Of a DNA stretch of 64,000 nucleotides, positions 51,301 to 64,000 are shown one piece after another; position 1 is the first letter of the stretch, and each line of letters starts with the position of its first letter. Source of the stretch: Peribolospora baueri (taxonomy: Eukaryota); NCBI GenBank assembly GCA_029717555.1, contig JAMDHS010000025.1, positions 186,001 through 250,000 on the forward strand, given 5' to 3'. Position numbers and translations under genes: made by a program. The notes beneath the pieces were generated by a model. It saw only the letters and a program-made list of their open reading frames with translations, ran no database searches and was not told the DNA's origin.

Positions 51301-54300
51301 CAACTGATCCTGAAATGGGCGAATTGAGACTGATCTCGACTCCTCGGTTACGCATCGCGCGGGACAATTCGCCATGCTGGGGATCACAGAGCATGAAGAG
51401 GCGAAAGTCGGGGTGTGGTTTGATGACTGGAACTTCTCCATCGATGATGCTCCTCTCGGTCAGGGTGATTACTCCGTTTGGTTCGAAAAGAGAGTTTAGT
51501 CGGTCGAGAACTGACGCGTTGCAGAGGTTGGCGTGATCAATGAGAAGCCACGAGCCCTCCTTCATGGCGCGAACGAGGGGCCCTTCCTTCCACTCGAACC
51601 GCCCTCCACCTTCCATCGGCGTCTCTGCCAATGACCGTAGATGGGCCATGATTGGCGCGAGGTCGTCTTGTACGTCCCCTGCGACGGCGCTGACCTGCTC
51701 TATGGAGGCATTGACGACCTCCAAAGCTTGCCGGAAACCCAACACCTTCGGTCCGGATACCAGTGCTTTACCGGTTCTGCAAAGGTCCCCTTGCACTGCG
51801 TGAAGGCGGCTGGCTGCCTCCCTCGCGTCGCTGTGCCACAGAGAAGAAACCAAGCGTTCAACCAAAGCAGAGAGTCTTTCGATGACAGAGCCGAGGCTCG
51901 ACCACTGGCCCGCCTGCTCGAAGCTACCCAAGAGCTCCATCGTGTCTACGCCCGAGTTCATGCAGAACTCTTCCAAAGGACAGCCGCGAAGCTTGGCCAG
52001 ATGCCGCACCAGGCTCGTCTTGCCCGTGCCGCTCCGACCAGTAAGAATGACAAGCCACGACAGCTTGAGGCAGTCGCACACGGCCTCAAGGGGGGCAAGA
52101 TGGTTCTGGAGAAGTGTGGTCTGTCCTTGAAGCGGGCTGTCGTGCTTCTGCTGCCGAGCTAACAGGGCGTGACCAAATTGTGCATATCCGGGCGTAAGAG
52201 AAGGCCACGGCTTCGAGCGATTTGCCAGAGTGCCCGGTCCGAAGACTTCCTCAAAGACGTCCATTGCTCGAGCGCGATCTTCGACAGTTCGGAAACGGTT
52301 GAAGTAAATTGTGCCAACGTACTCGCTGGGTGTGCGAACGGCGCTGAGATCACCTTCGGCTGACAAAAGTTCTAGAAAGCGCATCAAGTCGCGCAAATTG
52401 AACTCCCAAGGACTTCCCAGCTGTCCAAATGAGCGTTTCATCATAGTCTCCTCGAAAAGGCGAGTGTTGAAAGTAATCATCTTGCGAAGGGTATCGTGCG
52501 GGAATGCGGGGTATAGATGCGATGCGATGATGAACACGTCTTGGGGCAAAAGCTCTTGAACGAAAACCTTGGTGAAGCGATCGAGGAACGATTTGGGAAG
52601 ACCTTTGCGCCCACCGCCTTGATTGTGCGGGTTCTGGGCGGCGAAAACACGGAATTCTGAGTGTTTTGGAAAACTGCGACCCAGCTCAGGGACGAAGACA
52701 GTCCCGCGATGATCAAGACACGAGTTGAGGCCTTCAAGGACCGCTTGCGAGGCCAGGTTGAGCTCGTCGAGGAGCACCCAGTCACCCTCGCGCATGGCCG
52801 ACAGAAACGCAGCGTCCTTCCAGCCGAATTCGCCCGCCTTGCCGCCTTCCACTGGCAGATCAGCGCCAAAGAGGTCGGTGAGGTCAGTCTGATCCGAAAG
52901 GTTGATGCGGCACAAACGATGTCCGGTAGCGTTGGCCAGAGCAGAGATCAGACTCGTCTTTCCTGCTCCCGGACTGCCCTCGAGAAGAATCGCTTTTGGA
53001 ACCTGCAACGCGCGCAAGACACGCAGCGCATTATCAGCGGTAGTCGGCGCTTGCAGACTGAAGGGCGTGTCAGGAGACGCATGGTGACCAGTTGGGATCT
53101 CGAAAGGGCCGATGGCGAATGAATTGGAAGAGCGAACGATCTGAGTCCTCGTCGCTGAACCGAGATCCACCGACTCGGGATGGACAAGCCGAACGATCTG
53201 TTCATGGCAGCGCTGTCGAAGCGCGGTGCGATGGGCAGGAGACATGGACGCTGTGACCGGTCGAGAGCCAATGGAGTCGACAATCGTCATCAAAGCCCCA
53301 TCCACAAAGGCTTGAGAGGCACCCACTTGGGCCGCCGAAGCGTTGATGAAGAAGACCCAGGCCAAAAGGTCTCTGAGGCCCACCCCAGCCTGCTCCTTGC
53401 CGCCAACCTCCGCGGCGAACCATTCGGAAAAGTCGAGCACTAGGGACGCGTAACGTTGCAGCTCTGGGGTCTTCAGCTTTGTCTCGACGATCTGAAGCAG
53501 GTCCACCCGATTGTCGACGTGGGGTACCCAGATTTCGGTGAAACGGTTGCGGAGGGCGGGCGACAGCTCCTTCTTCCCGTAGTCGCCGCCAGGGTTCATC
53601 GTGGCGAACACTTGGAAGCCGGGAACAGCAGTGACGTGCGTGTGCTCCTCAAAGCGGGAGGAACGCTCGGCCAACACAAGGGACCGGCCGGGTTCAAGGA
53701 CGCTGTTCAAGCGCTCCAGGACCGAGTCGTCAGCGAGGGAGATTTCATCGAGGAGGAGGAATTGGCCGGTGCGCATCGCCTGCACCAGCGGCCCATCGTG
53801 CCAGTCGAACAGCGCCATGGACTGCTTGATCCGTCTGGCAAGATCGATGACATCCGTTTTGCTAACTGTCGAAGGCGCAGACACAAGCTCATCCCATCGC
53901 CTGGCCAGCTTCTCCAGGCCATCGGCGAGCTCATCCAGTGAGGCTTCTAGAGCGAGCGACGGGTCTTCGGCGTCGACCTGCGAAAGATATTCCACCGCCT
54001 GAGTCCGTAAAGCCGCTTGCAAAGCAGCCTTGTTCCGGACAGGGCGTTGACCGCCGAGAAGGTCAGCCGTGTCGGTGTTCTGGTGTAGGTTGACAGTGTG
54101 AAGTTCGCGGCCGAACGCCCGCGCAAGAAGCTCGCAGACGCTGGTCTTGCCGCTGCCCGTCTCACCCACGAGGAGGACCGGCTCGTCACATCGCAAAGCT
54201 GTTGCGACTAGAACGTACAGCCGCTGCATGGCGCTGGTCCACACGACGCCCTCTTCCGCAGAAGCGGGTAGACTGACGCCTAGCCTGTCGCGCTGAGTGG

Positions 54301-57300
54301 CCTCATCCATGTGCGAGACAGAGTACAGAGAGGCCTCGTCGATGCGAACCTTCATCATCTGCTCGATCACCTCCTTGACCGTCGCCTTATCGTCCGGCCT
54401 CCTCGCTCGCTCGGCCAGAAGCATGTAGCCGTTCTCAGCCAGCTGCTGGTAGCCGACGGCCTCTCGACCGGCCCATCGGAAGAGGTCGCGAAGGGTCGCA
54501 AAGCTGTGCTTCGTCTCAAAAACGCGGTTAGACTGCCGTCGGCGCTGGAGTTCAGCGAAGACTGCGACGATCTTCGCAGCGTACGAAGGCGCAATCTTGC
54601 AGCGCTGACAGAGGATGATCTCTAGCTCGGCTTGAGGCACGTCGTCCACATGAACCTCGAGGAAACGGTTGCGGAATGCGCGACTGAGGACCTTCCTGCC
54701 GGCGTAAAGTCCTGGAGGGTTCTGAGTGGCGAAAAGCATGAAGTGCGGGTGGGGACGGACGACCTCTTGAGTTTCCGGAACGATCAGCTCGCGGTTGTCG
54801 TCGAGAAGGCGATTCAGAGCTTCGAGCACATCCGTCGGTGCAAGGTTGAGTTCATCCAGAACAATCCAATGCCCTTCCTTCAGCGCTCGGACCAAGAGGC
54901 CCTCCTGAAAGACGAGCTTGCCCGAGTCGGGATCGGTAGCGTAGGAGCCCAAATACTCCTGGATGTCGGTATGCTCGTGGTTGTTGACCCGCACGAAACG
55001 ATGGCCGGTTCGCCGGGCGAGATACTCCACCGCACTCGTTTTGCCAGCTGATGTGGGTCCTTGGATGAGCACTGGGAAGCGTCGCGTCAGGATGGCGCGG
55101 GACAAGTCGACCAGTTTGTTCTGGACAGATGCCGTGAGGACATACTCGTCGACGGAATCGAGAGGCAGCGGTCCCGTTTCGAGCCAGAAGGGGCCGATCT
55201 GAATATGACTGCTCTGCGTAGCGCCGGCGGGAGCTGGCGGCACGAAAGACAAGGCCTGTCGAGGGTTCTTCGCACCCGCCATGATGTGCTTCTCTGCGAG
55301 CCCGCGAACGACAGAGGCGCTCTGGTCGTTGAGGAGCATCGTAAACGTCATCAACAAGCCCTCCCAGAGCGCTCTCCTGAGTCCGTACGTGGGAGCGACG
55401 TCTGCGGCAAAGGTGAGAGCGCGAGCCAGGGTCCGCATGCTGTAGTGCGGGCGTTGATTCGAACCGTCCGCAAGCTGATGTGTCTGAGCGAGGTGTCGAG
55501 CGGCAACGTAAAATTCGGCGACGTCGAGCACGACCGCGCGATCACCTGCGGCCTGCTGGCCGATGTACCTCTCGACAATGCTCGTCAGCGCATCCCTATC
55601 CCTATCCGGGCTCGGCACAAACAGCTCCGTGAAGCGGCTGCGTAGCCCGACAGGAAGGTCTTTCTTCCCGACGTCCGTGGCCGGGTTCATGCAAGCGAAA
55701 AGACGGAAATCGGGATGACGAGGGATCGGCTCCAAGTCGCCTCGCTCGGTAAGGACGACGCTGGCATCCGGGCTCTGAAGTAGACCGGAAAGGCAGTCCA
55801 GTGTCTCGGGAGCGGCCAGATTGAGCTCGTCGAGAAGGACCCAGTCGCCGCGGCGGAGGGCCCGGACCAACGGCCCTTCGACGAAGGAGAAGACGAGAGT
55901 GGGGCGCTTTCCTGCGTGCTGCACCTCGAAGTCTCTGGCGCGGGAGTCAAAATCGGTCCAAAGCGAGTCGAGGTCCGTGTGATGCACACGACGCTTCTTC
56001 TTCGGACTGGGAGCGGCAAGTACTTCCCCATCAACGGCCCCAGAAGCGAGTGCGCTCAACCCCCCTTTGGCGCCCGACCTCTTCCGCACTTTCTCCAACG
56101 CCGTCGGAACCGTCTTGCGCCACGCCTTGGCGAGCTTGGCCCAGTCGCCGTTGGCGTATGCCTTGCGCTCAAAATCGAGCGGCCGGGAGTTGGTCGTCAC
56201 ATCGAACGTCTTCCCGAAAAGCGTCACCCACTCGTTGTGCAGTGCCGTCGCGGGGACCTTCGCATCCAGTGGCCGGAACGCACCCAGGAGATCCGAACTT
56301 TCGGTCTGCTGACTGAGGTTCAACGCGATGAGATTTCGGCGGGCCAGGTGAGCGAGTTGCTGGACAGCCGTCGTTTTTCCCGTTCCCGTCTCGCCGACCA
56401 TGAGCACGGGTTCAGAGAGGTGGGCGCAGACGGCCAGCCGCTCGAGAAGGATAGCGGACGGGCGAGTCATGGCGAAGTTGGGGGCGAGGGAGGAAGAGGC
56501 GCGCGACTGACCGCCTTGAGCGGCGGTGGCGAGACTAGCGCGGCCTATGCGAACCACGTCCGAAGCAGCACGCGAACCGCGTTCTTGAACCACTTCAGGC
56601 GTACGCATGTTCAAGCCCCACTCGGCCCGTTCCCTGCTGAGACCAAGACCTTCGGCAAGGGTTCCGACCACGGACGTGCTCCATTCCGCAGAGTCAGCAA
56701 GCTTGGCCTCGGGAGCGGCACCGACTGCGATGCCGGAGGACAGAGACCCGAGAAAGACGTCGCATGCCTCGATGAAGATCTCCTCCTGAAGGATCGGGTT
56801 CGCAAAGAGGTTCAGTGCGGCGGCGTTCGTCGGTGGTAAGAGGCTGTTTACGCGGCGACACCACTTGATTAAGTCGCGCATGCCGATGAGACGTGCGCTG
56901 GTCCCTCGGTTGACCATCCCCGTCTCCACAGCTGCGGTGGCCACGGCCTTCCACACGTCAACCAAGCACCGCAAGCCGTCATCCTCGGTCGAGGCAAGGC
57001 GGGGAAAGAGGCGGCTGAGGATGTCAAAGACGTCAGATTCTGTAGGGCTCGGTACCGCGACGAGCTTCCAGTGCTCGTGGCCCAGGAAGACGGGCGGAGG
57101 AAATGACGGCCGGTGAGGAGAAGAGCCTTGTCTAGGAAGCGAACTGCGCGTTCCAAAGATCATGAAGCCGGAGCCGGCTCGAACTTTGGCACGCCCCGGG
57201 ACGTCTAGAGTGGGTTCCTGGCCGATCCGTTTAGTCGGACCGAGAGCTTCAACCAGCTGGCCGATCACGGACAGCACCTCTGCGCCAGCCTTGTCGACGT

Positions 57301-58818
57301 CCTCGAGAACGACCCACATGCCCAACCGAACGGCCCTGGTCAACGCGCCTTCGGCCCACTCGAACATTCCTGGATGGGTCGGACTCGATACGTAAGATCC
57401 GAGCAAGGACTTGGCGTCCACTCCGGATTGGTCTCCGAGGTGCAGCGTGAGTATCGACGGCGGAGCCGGTTTTCCGTTGGAGGACAATGCAGGCCGAAGG
57501 AGAGAAGACAGATAGGTGATGGCCGACGATTTTCCGGAACCTGGGGTGCCCGTCAGGAGGACTGGGAGCCGTTGCGAAACGTGCAGAGCGAGTTGGCGAA
57601 GGATGGAAATCGTTCCGGGCGTCTCGACGAAGCCCACGTGAGCCGACGGGGTCGATGACGGCGAAGAGCGAAGGAGAAGGACGCCAGCCACGTTGACAAC
57701 ATGCGAGCAGAGATCGGAAGGCGCAATGGGAAGGACGGAAGAGACTTGACTTCCGTCGACGTCCATTTCACCGTGCTCATCCGCCGAGCCTGCCTTCCGA
57801 CCAGCTAACCAGCTCACCTCTCGCAACGAGAAGGAAGCCCATATCTTCCGCACGCGGTCCAGCTCTGTGACGGGAAGAAGCCAGCCGTCGATTCTGACCC
57901 GACGCACCAGAACTGCCTCTCCGCCGTCAGACTCGACCAACTCTTCATCTCCTTCGATACAGCACTCCACGCCTTCTCCGGGCATCCCGGCCTCGCCGAT
58001 CCATCGCCGTTCTAGGCGATTGCGCTCCGCTTCACCCTTTCCGGTCTGAATCGCAGCAACCCGGATGGCTAGAAGTCGAACGCCAGGGTCACGGTGGGAA
58101 GAAAAGAGCTCGTAGAGGTGGGAGGAGGCCCACGGGGTGGGAAGATGGGAGGGCAGGGTCGGGTCGCAGGAGAGCAGGCGGAGGTAGGAGAGCAGCGTAG
58201 CGTGGAGATCAGGGACGGGGAGGGTGTGGACGACGGGCGAGGCAAGCGGACCTCCAGCAAGAGAAGGGTAGGAGATTAGACGATGGAGGATACTATCGCA
58301 AGTAGATAACGAAAATTAGCGAAGGCCGCTTGGGCATTAACAAGAGAGGCCGTCACTCACGGGAAAACTTCCTCGTACGCCTCGACAAGCTTGGCGAGGA
58401 CAACAAACTTCCTCAAGGTAACACCATCATCCCAGGTCGACTTCTCCAAGTCGCTGACCGGTAACCAACGAGCGGCGAGGTCGACAAGAAGAGGACGAAA
58501 ACGGACGGCGACGGGCAGCGAGAGGTGCGGGACGAGGAGAAGGTCGGACAAAGTGGCGAGCACGTCTCCTGAAGACGGCAAGGCAGAGGATGAGGGAACG
58601 GCGCCTGCTGCGCAGAGCAAGAGTTGCAATGGCGCTTGGGGAACAAAGGTGCAGGTCGAAGTTTTTGAGGGTTCTATGCGCAAGTCGGAGAGGAGGCGAG
58701 AAACCTGAAGAGGCAGATCGATGGCGAGCGCGTCGTACTCGTCCAAGCATCTGTCCTCTTCGCCCACAGCACTCCGGGCGTCTCTGATGGCTTCCTCCTG
58801 TGCCTTCGACGCCATCAT
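42390..58818 (-). CDS. MDN1: Midasin (Rea1/Mdn1) AAA+ ATPase of 60S biogenesis (multi-exon)
   Basis: Six Walker A motifs (GTPGSGKS, GETGTGKT, GPTSAGKT, GETGSGKT, GSPGAGKT, GRSGTGKT), a long linker, a D/E-rich region and a C-terminal MIDAS/VWA domain (DDSKSM, IISDG). Confidence 0.97.
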
Positions 58819-60311
58819 CTTGCTCTGCTCGACAGGTAAGGGTTAGGGATGATGGTGAGCGAGGAACGGAGGGTCGGAGCAGGCGAGCAAAAAGAGGGAC
58901 AAGCAGCGGAGAAGAAACTGCGGCAAGTCCCATGTATGCTTAGTCATCCTTCGGCGTTGCTGCCATCAGAGTGGTGAAGCCCGCAGGCAGAGAGTGGAGC
59001 AGCGTCAGCGTGTAGTCGTCCCTTTTGGTCTGCATACCTGCGACTACACCTTTGTGGATGCTCTGTCCTTTGTAAATAAGCACCCACAGGGGTCCTCCGA
59101 AGAGGAGTGCAGTAGGTCTTGCAATATTCCGAGACAATTCGCAGGGGAACACCATCGACCCAAAGGGGAGCAAGACAGATCGTAAGGAGGTGCCGAGAAA
59201 AAAGGCATACAAGGAGAGGGACAATGAGCATAACCAGGTAGTTACACCGTGGCATCGATCGCACTCATGACGAAGTTGCAAGCAGTAGCGGAGCAGCCGT
59301 AGGGTTTGCGATTTAGCACTGGCGCCTACATGTCTAAAATGGACCGAGAAGCAGGCAGGGGCGAAGAAGGTCAAGCGCACCAGAACGCATGTGCTGGGCA
59401 TTTACATCGTTTGTCTCCTGTCCTTCCGGCCAACCGACCCAATGCTGTTCCGAAGAGAGAAGTGAGCATGTGCAGTTTGCACGTCACAGAGGGTGAGGCG
59501 GATCGAGAGCTCGGACGAATCAAAGGTTAGGACGGGCCCATAGTCTTGCCCAACCCGGGCGCGCCCGCTCCGGAATGCATCTAGCGACTTTGCACTTCAC
59601 TCGACTACTTCGGGCTCGTCTTCGCCTTCCATTCTTGTGATCCTTAATTACTTGCAGCCAAGGCGAGCATTTCCATAGTCTCGATCATCGCACGTGCGAA
59701 GGGCGTGGAGCGCGGTGACGAACTCGCGGAAGCTGACGGAAGGGGGTTTTGAATCTTCTCCGGAATCCTGTACAAACAAGACAACGAGCACATTGACGTA
59801 AAGAGAGAGCGTTGACCTGTCCTTCGGCCGAGGCAAAGATCGGCTCGCTTGCACAATCTCCTACAATCGCCGACGCGACATCCGGAAGATGTCTCCCTCC
59901 GTGTACCCCTCTCGTATAGGACCTATCTTCCCTCTCATCCGTGGTTTTAGGACGCGGGTTGGGCGAGACAGCAGGAGTCGAAAACGGCATCAAGAGGGTG
60001 GGCGGGAGGTTAAGTCCGTGAAGCTTTGAGAAAAAAGAATTTGGGGTCGCTCTGATGATGATGGTCAGGTAACGGCGTGAGCACCGTCGGCTCGCACGTG
60101 TCCATATATGACGATCCTTGATCCGAACCCGTCATCCCATTGCCGGGCATACTTGCGTTCCTGGCGTTGGCCCGGTTGGACGCCTTACCCGGGAGCGGGC
60201 GCCAGGAACCTCTTTCATTTTTTCTACAGATATAAACATGGCCCGCTCCCACTCTGTCCTCGGGAGGGTGCTCGACGCCGACGCCAGGTTTGACAAACAC
60301 GCAAGCCCACC

Positions 60312-61373
60312 ATGCGCACCTCCTCCCTTTCTCTCGCCGCCGCGGCAACCACCCTCTTCGCCTCTTCCCTCTCTCTCGCCCTCAACGTCACCGTCAGCCA
60401 ACCCAACGTCCCCTACGTGACCACCAAGAACCTCCCCCCTCCGTTCGCCGCCTCCAACTGCGATGAGATCGTCAAGCATTTCAACAATCTCGGTCGCTCC
60501 ACCGTCTGGAAGCTCGTGGAGAAAGTCAAGTTCGAAGGTGAAACCTACGAGCCCGAAGGCCTGGTGCGCGTCGGTGCGGATCGATACTTCGTCAGTGCCG
60601 GAGAGTACATGACCCACACCGTCTCCTACAACGGCACCATCATCAACGGCACCGACCGTACCGCCGGCTCTGGCTTCGCCCATTTGATGGTCTTCGACGG
60701 CAAGGGTGGACGTATCGCTGATGCTTCCCTCACTAAACCCGGTGACCTCGAGTACCACAACGGCGGGATCGACTACGACGGTAAATACATTTGGGCTACC
60801 CTTGCTCAATACCGTCCCAACACCACCGCCCACTTCGTTCGCATCGACCCCCGCACTCTCGAGCCCACTACCTTCCTCCACGCCGCCGACCACCATGGCG
60901 GAGTCGTCCACGACACCAAGACCAACAAGCTCTATACGCTCAACTGGGGTGCTCGCAATGCCTCCACTTGGAACCTCAACAGCAACATGTTCACGCCCAA
61001 AGCCGAGAACTCGACCGCTGTCACCAAACCCGTGGCCGTGACCCGTAACCCCAGCTTCTATGCTGACTACCAAGACTGCAAGTTCCTCGGTCACCCTCGT
61101 GTCTACCAGGAGCGCGGTATCATGATCTGCTCCGGTGTCACCACCCTCGGCAATGCTACCATCGGTGGTATCGCTCTCGTGGATGAGGAGACCATGGTTC
61201 CCGTCTCTGAGGTCCCCATCACCATGGTCAGCGACCTCGGCGTTCTCGTCACCATGAACCCCTTCGACGTCGACATTGTCAACGGTCGCCTCCGCGTATA
61301 CTTCCTCCCTGACCAGCACAACTCAACCCTCTACGTCTACGAGGCTCAGGCCAACTCTCCTCGCGAGTACTAA
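60312..61373 (+). CDS. Intronless secreted beta-propeller-like protein, DUF6454-like
   Basis: 353-aa ORF with a signal peptide, several N-x-S/T sites and strong C-ending codon bias. Motifs EPEGLVRVG, YHNGGIDYDGKYIWATLAQYRPN, DHHGG, DYQDCK. TATAAA at 60231. The family name is from recall. Confidence 0.75.
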   Translation: MRTSSLSLAAAATTLFASSLSLALNVTVSQPNVPYVTTKNLPPPFAASNCDEIVKHFNNLGRSTVWKLVEKVKFEGETYEPEGLVRVGADRYFVSAGEYMTHTVSYNGTIINGTDRTAGSGFAHLMVFDGKGGRIADASLTKPGDLEYHNGGIDYDGKYIWATLAQYRPNTTAHFVRIDPRTLEPTTFLHAADHHGGVVHDTKTNKLYTLNWGARNASTWNLNSNMFTPKAENSTAVTKPVAVTRNPSFYADYQDCKFLGHPRVYQERGIMICSGVTTLGNATIGGIALVDEETMVPVSEVPITMVSDLGVLVTMNPFDVDIVNGRLRVYFLPDQHNSTLYVYEAQANSPREY

Positions 61374-62199
61374 AAGAGGACCGGTATGTGGAGGAGACAG
61401 GCGCCCGAACGATCCCACCAAGCCAGATATGGATGGTTTTGTGCTTTACACGTTAAAATCGGTAGTTAATAAATCTTGGAAGTTGCGTTAGCTTTGTGTA
61501 TGGGGGGTATACCCGCGCGGGTTGGCTTAAGGCATCACCTCGACGACGAGGGTACCGAGGCATAGGAAAGGGGGGCAGAGAAATGACCAAGAGGTAACAA
61601 GGACGCTGGACACCACGACAGGCTCGAGCAGAACACCTGGTCGTCACCCAAGCCGATCCATCGCAGGCTCGCTCGAGTCGACTTTACAGAACGGGCGTGC
61701 GCGGCAGGGTTCCGTGAGGCGGCTCCACTCGCCGTGCGCTCTGGCAGGGGCCGGAGGATGAAGGAGTAGAAATCCTATGTTTAATCCATGCGGAAAAAAA
61801 AAGCGACCGACTCGAGCTGTCCTATCTCTGACGATTGTTGCCCTCCTCGACAGCCATCCCTTCTTGGGTTTGTTCACACGGCTTGCGACTCCCTCCGTCG
61901 TGCAGGCCGGCCGACGCCCCATTTCTGCTCGGATACGGCACCTTGTCTCGTTGAGCTTAGCGGTGTGCGCGAGTCTGTTTGTCTATGCTGCCGTACGAGC
62001 CCGCTGACGTGCGGTTCCCAAGAAATCCATCTGCAAGCTATCGCGCTCTCCAATTTAATTTTCCACGCGACGTCAGGGAAAGAGAGGGATACCGTGAGAA
62101 GAAGAGAGCTGCTGCGGCAAGGCCCGTTCGACCCGGTCTCGAAAACTACGCGCGGGCATGGTCGAGCGGCTGCCTTCACAACGGCAATCGACCCAAGCC

Positions 62200-63336
62200 A
62201 TGTCCATTTCCTGCAGGGGTGCCGCCTCCAGCTCGCGCTCTGTTCTGCGCTCTCTCTTCCGGCCGTCGGGCCTGCCGGGCGCCTTGCCCGCCAGGTCCTT
62301 CTCCTCTTCGCAGCGAGCGGCGGAGAAGACCAAGGCTGCTGATGGTTCGGACGCGAGTGACCCAACATCTTCGTCTCCGGCAAGCGACAGCCTGCCTTCT
62401 ACATCGTCTTCTTCTGCGTCGTCCGCTCCTCGAGAACAGCGGGGGTCGCGAGTGGACGCCGCTCTGGACCTCTCGTCCGTGTTCAACTTCCCTGACCTCG
62501 CGCGGCCGGACCCGATCCTAGACGCCCCGAACGCCTCCATCCGCACCGCGTCGGCCATCACGCTCAACTCGCCCGCCCACTTTGCGCCCACCCCGCCTCA
62601 CGTCTCGGCGATTGAGACGACGGGAGAGGAAACGGACCCGGTGCCGTATCTGTCGGCGGTGACGCCGTTGTCGGTGAACGAAATCCGCAACCTCTACCGC
62701 TTCCCGCTCGTGATCAAGCGGGTGGTCAACATGACGGGCAAGGGCAAGCAGCCGAGCATGTACGCGCTCGTCGTCGTCGGCAACGGAAAGGGTATGGTCG
62801 GGTACGGAGAGGGGAAGCACGAATTGGCGGGCAACGCGGCGAACAAGGCGTTCAACGACGCGGTCAAGAACATGGACTTTGTCGATCGTTTCCAGAACAG
62901 GACCGTTTGGGGCACCGTGGAGGGCAAGTACGGCGCTACGAGGATCGTGCTCAGGTCTCGGCCGCCGGGTGAGTGTAGCGTCCGTCTTCTCGGGCCGACG
63001 GGTTCCCGCTGGACCTGACGTCGCCCGTTCGTCCACGTTCACCCCCCATCAGGTTTCGGCCTCCGAACGAACCCGTACATTCACCAGGTGCTTAAAGCGG
63101 CCGGTATCACGGACTGCTCGGCCAAGGTGTACGGCTCACGAAACGGCATGAACATCGTCAAGGCCACCATGCAGCTCCTCTGGGGCGGGTCGTCGCCACT
63201 GGGCATGGGCGACGGCGTCGGGGGCAAGGCGGCGAGGAGGAACAAGGGCGTGGGAATGAGGACCAAGGCGGATGTGGAGATCATGAGGGGGAGGAGGCTG
63301 AGGGAGGTGCCCGTCGGAAAGGGCATGAGCGCCTAA
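62200..63336 (+). CDS. MRPS5: Mitochondrial ribosomal protein uS5m (intron 62969-63052)
   Basis: Presequence, then KRVVNMTGKGK, LVVVGNGKGMVGYGEGK, RPPG|FGLR, AGITDCSAKVYGSRNGMNIVKA. Confidence 0.93.
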
Positions 63337-63835
63337 GGCGAGACGGTGCGGGGAGTGAGAGGCCCTTTGCGCGCCATAGAATGCGATTGCGTTCTTGTAG
63401 AACGAAGCTCTGTACCATGCGAGCGTGCGAGTGTCGTGAGGTGCAAATCTGTTCAGAAATTTCAGTTGCTCGTCCCCACCCGACCCATATAAGACGCTTT
63501 CTTCCCTCTCGGCGCCCCGAACGTGACGCGAACATGGATTCTCGACGCTCCCCGGTCATCTCGCGTTGAGAACGAGGTGGACGAACGAAAAAAAGGGTCG
63601 ATTGAAGAAGAAGGGGTGGGTCACGAGAGGGAAACAAACGGCCGACTGATCTTCCGTAACCCTAACCTGGGCGCCTCGGTTAGAGCAAGACGCGCCCGTC
63701 CCGTCCGGAGATGACCGACCGACCGTTTCCACCAACCGCCCGCCGACTTCCGCGCACATATAGTTCATATCGAGATCGCCCCGCCGTCCTTCTCCTTCTC
63801 CTTTCTCCTCCTCACTCCTCTTCCTCCTTTTCGAG

Positions 63836-63841
63836 ATGGCG
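63836..63841 (+). other. Possible 6-nt first coding exon (ATGGCG|GTGAGT) of a gene running off the window
   Basis: Pyrimidine-rich leader at 63787-63831, then ATG GCG followed by a consensus splice donor. Confidence 0.35.
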
Positions 63842-64000
63842 GTGAGTGAGAGATGCGGGTAGTGTGAGATGCGCGAGACGGGACTCGTCGTCGGTGTACG
63901 AGGGAAAGACGGGTGATTTGCGGCTCCTTCGTGCCCATCGCTCACCGGCTCGCCTTGCGTTCTTCTTTCTCTTCCCTCCATGTTTTTGTGGAAACCCTGG

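Noticed and set aside
60132..61319. 395-aa minus-strand ORF
   Set aside because: Antisense shadow of the codon-biased secreted gene, with V/G/D-rich composition typical of such shadows.
63556..63981. 141-aa minus-strand ORF with MNYMCAE (Rpb12-like?)
   Set aside because: It lacks the remaining Zn-ribbon cysteines, and the region looks like a plus-strand promoter or leader.

Overview
Eukaryotic, intron-rich, GC-rich genomic DNA from a fungus, most likely a basidiomycete (inferred from gene content and GT(G/A)AGT/GTGCGT splice donors). About 14 protein-coding genes: HRD1, MMS19/MET18, a GH20 hexosaminidase-like gene, an SH3 protein of the BBC1/Mti1 type, a DUF202 membrane protein, a Zn-dependent aryl-alcohol-type dehydrogenase, AIM41, UBC7, a secreted tannase/feruloyl esterase, the DUR3 urea transporter, an LSH/IRC5-type SNF2 helicase, midasin, an intronless secreted DUF6454-like protein and MRPS5. 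There is also one intron-containing tRNA-Leu(CAG). The most unusual region is 16550-17706, 40 bp downstream of the tRNA. It holds two abutting TGT...ACA-bounded elements whose four ends share a terminal motif. The first carries a Ty3/gypsy gag-like fragment folded into a perfect 51-bp hairpin. The second is a ~640-bp foldback with a perfect 98-bp stem. This is a candidate retroelement-derived hairpin-RNA locus or a new non-autonomous element family. Multi-exon gene coordinates are start-to-stop spans read by eye, and family assignments come from motif recognition, not database searches.
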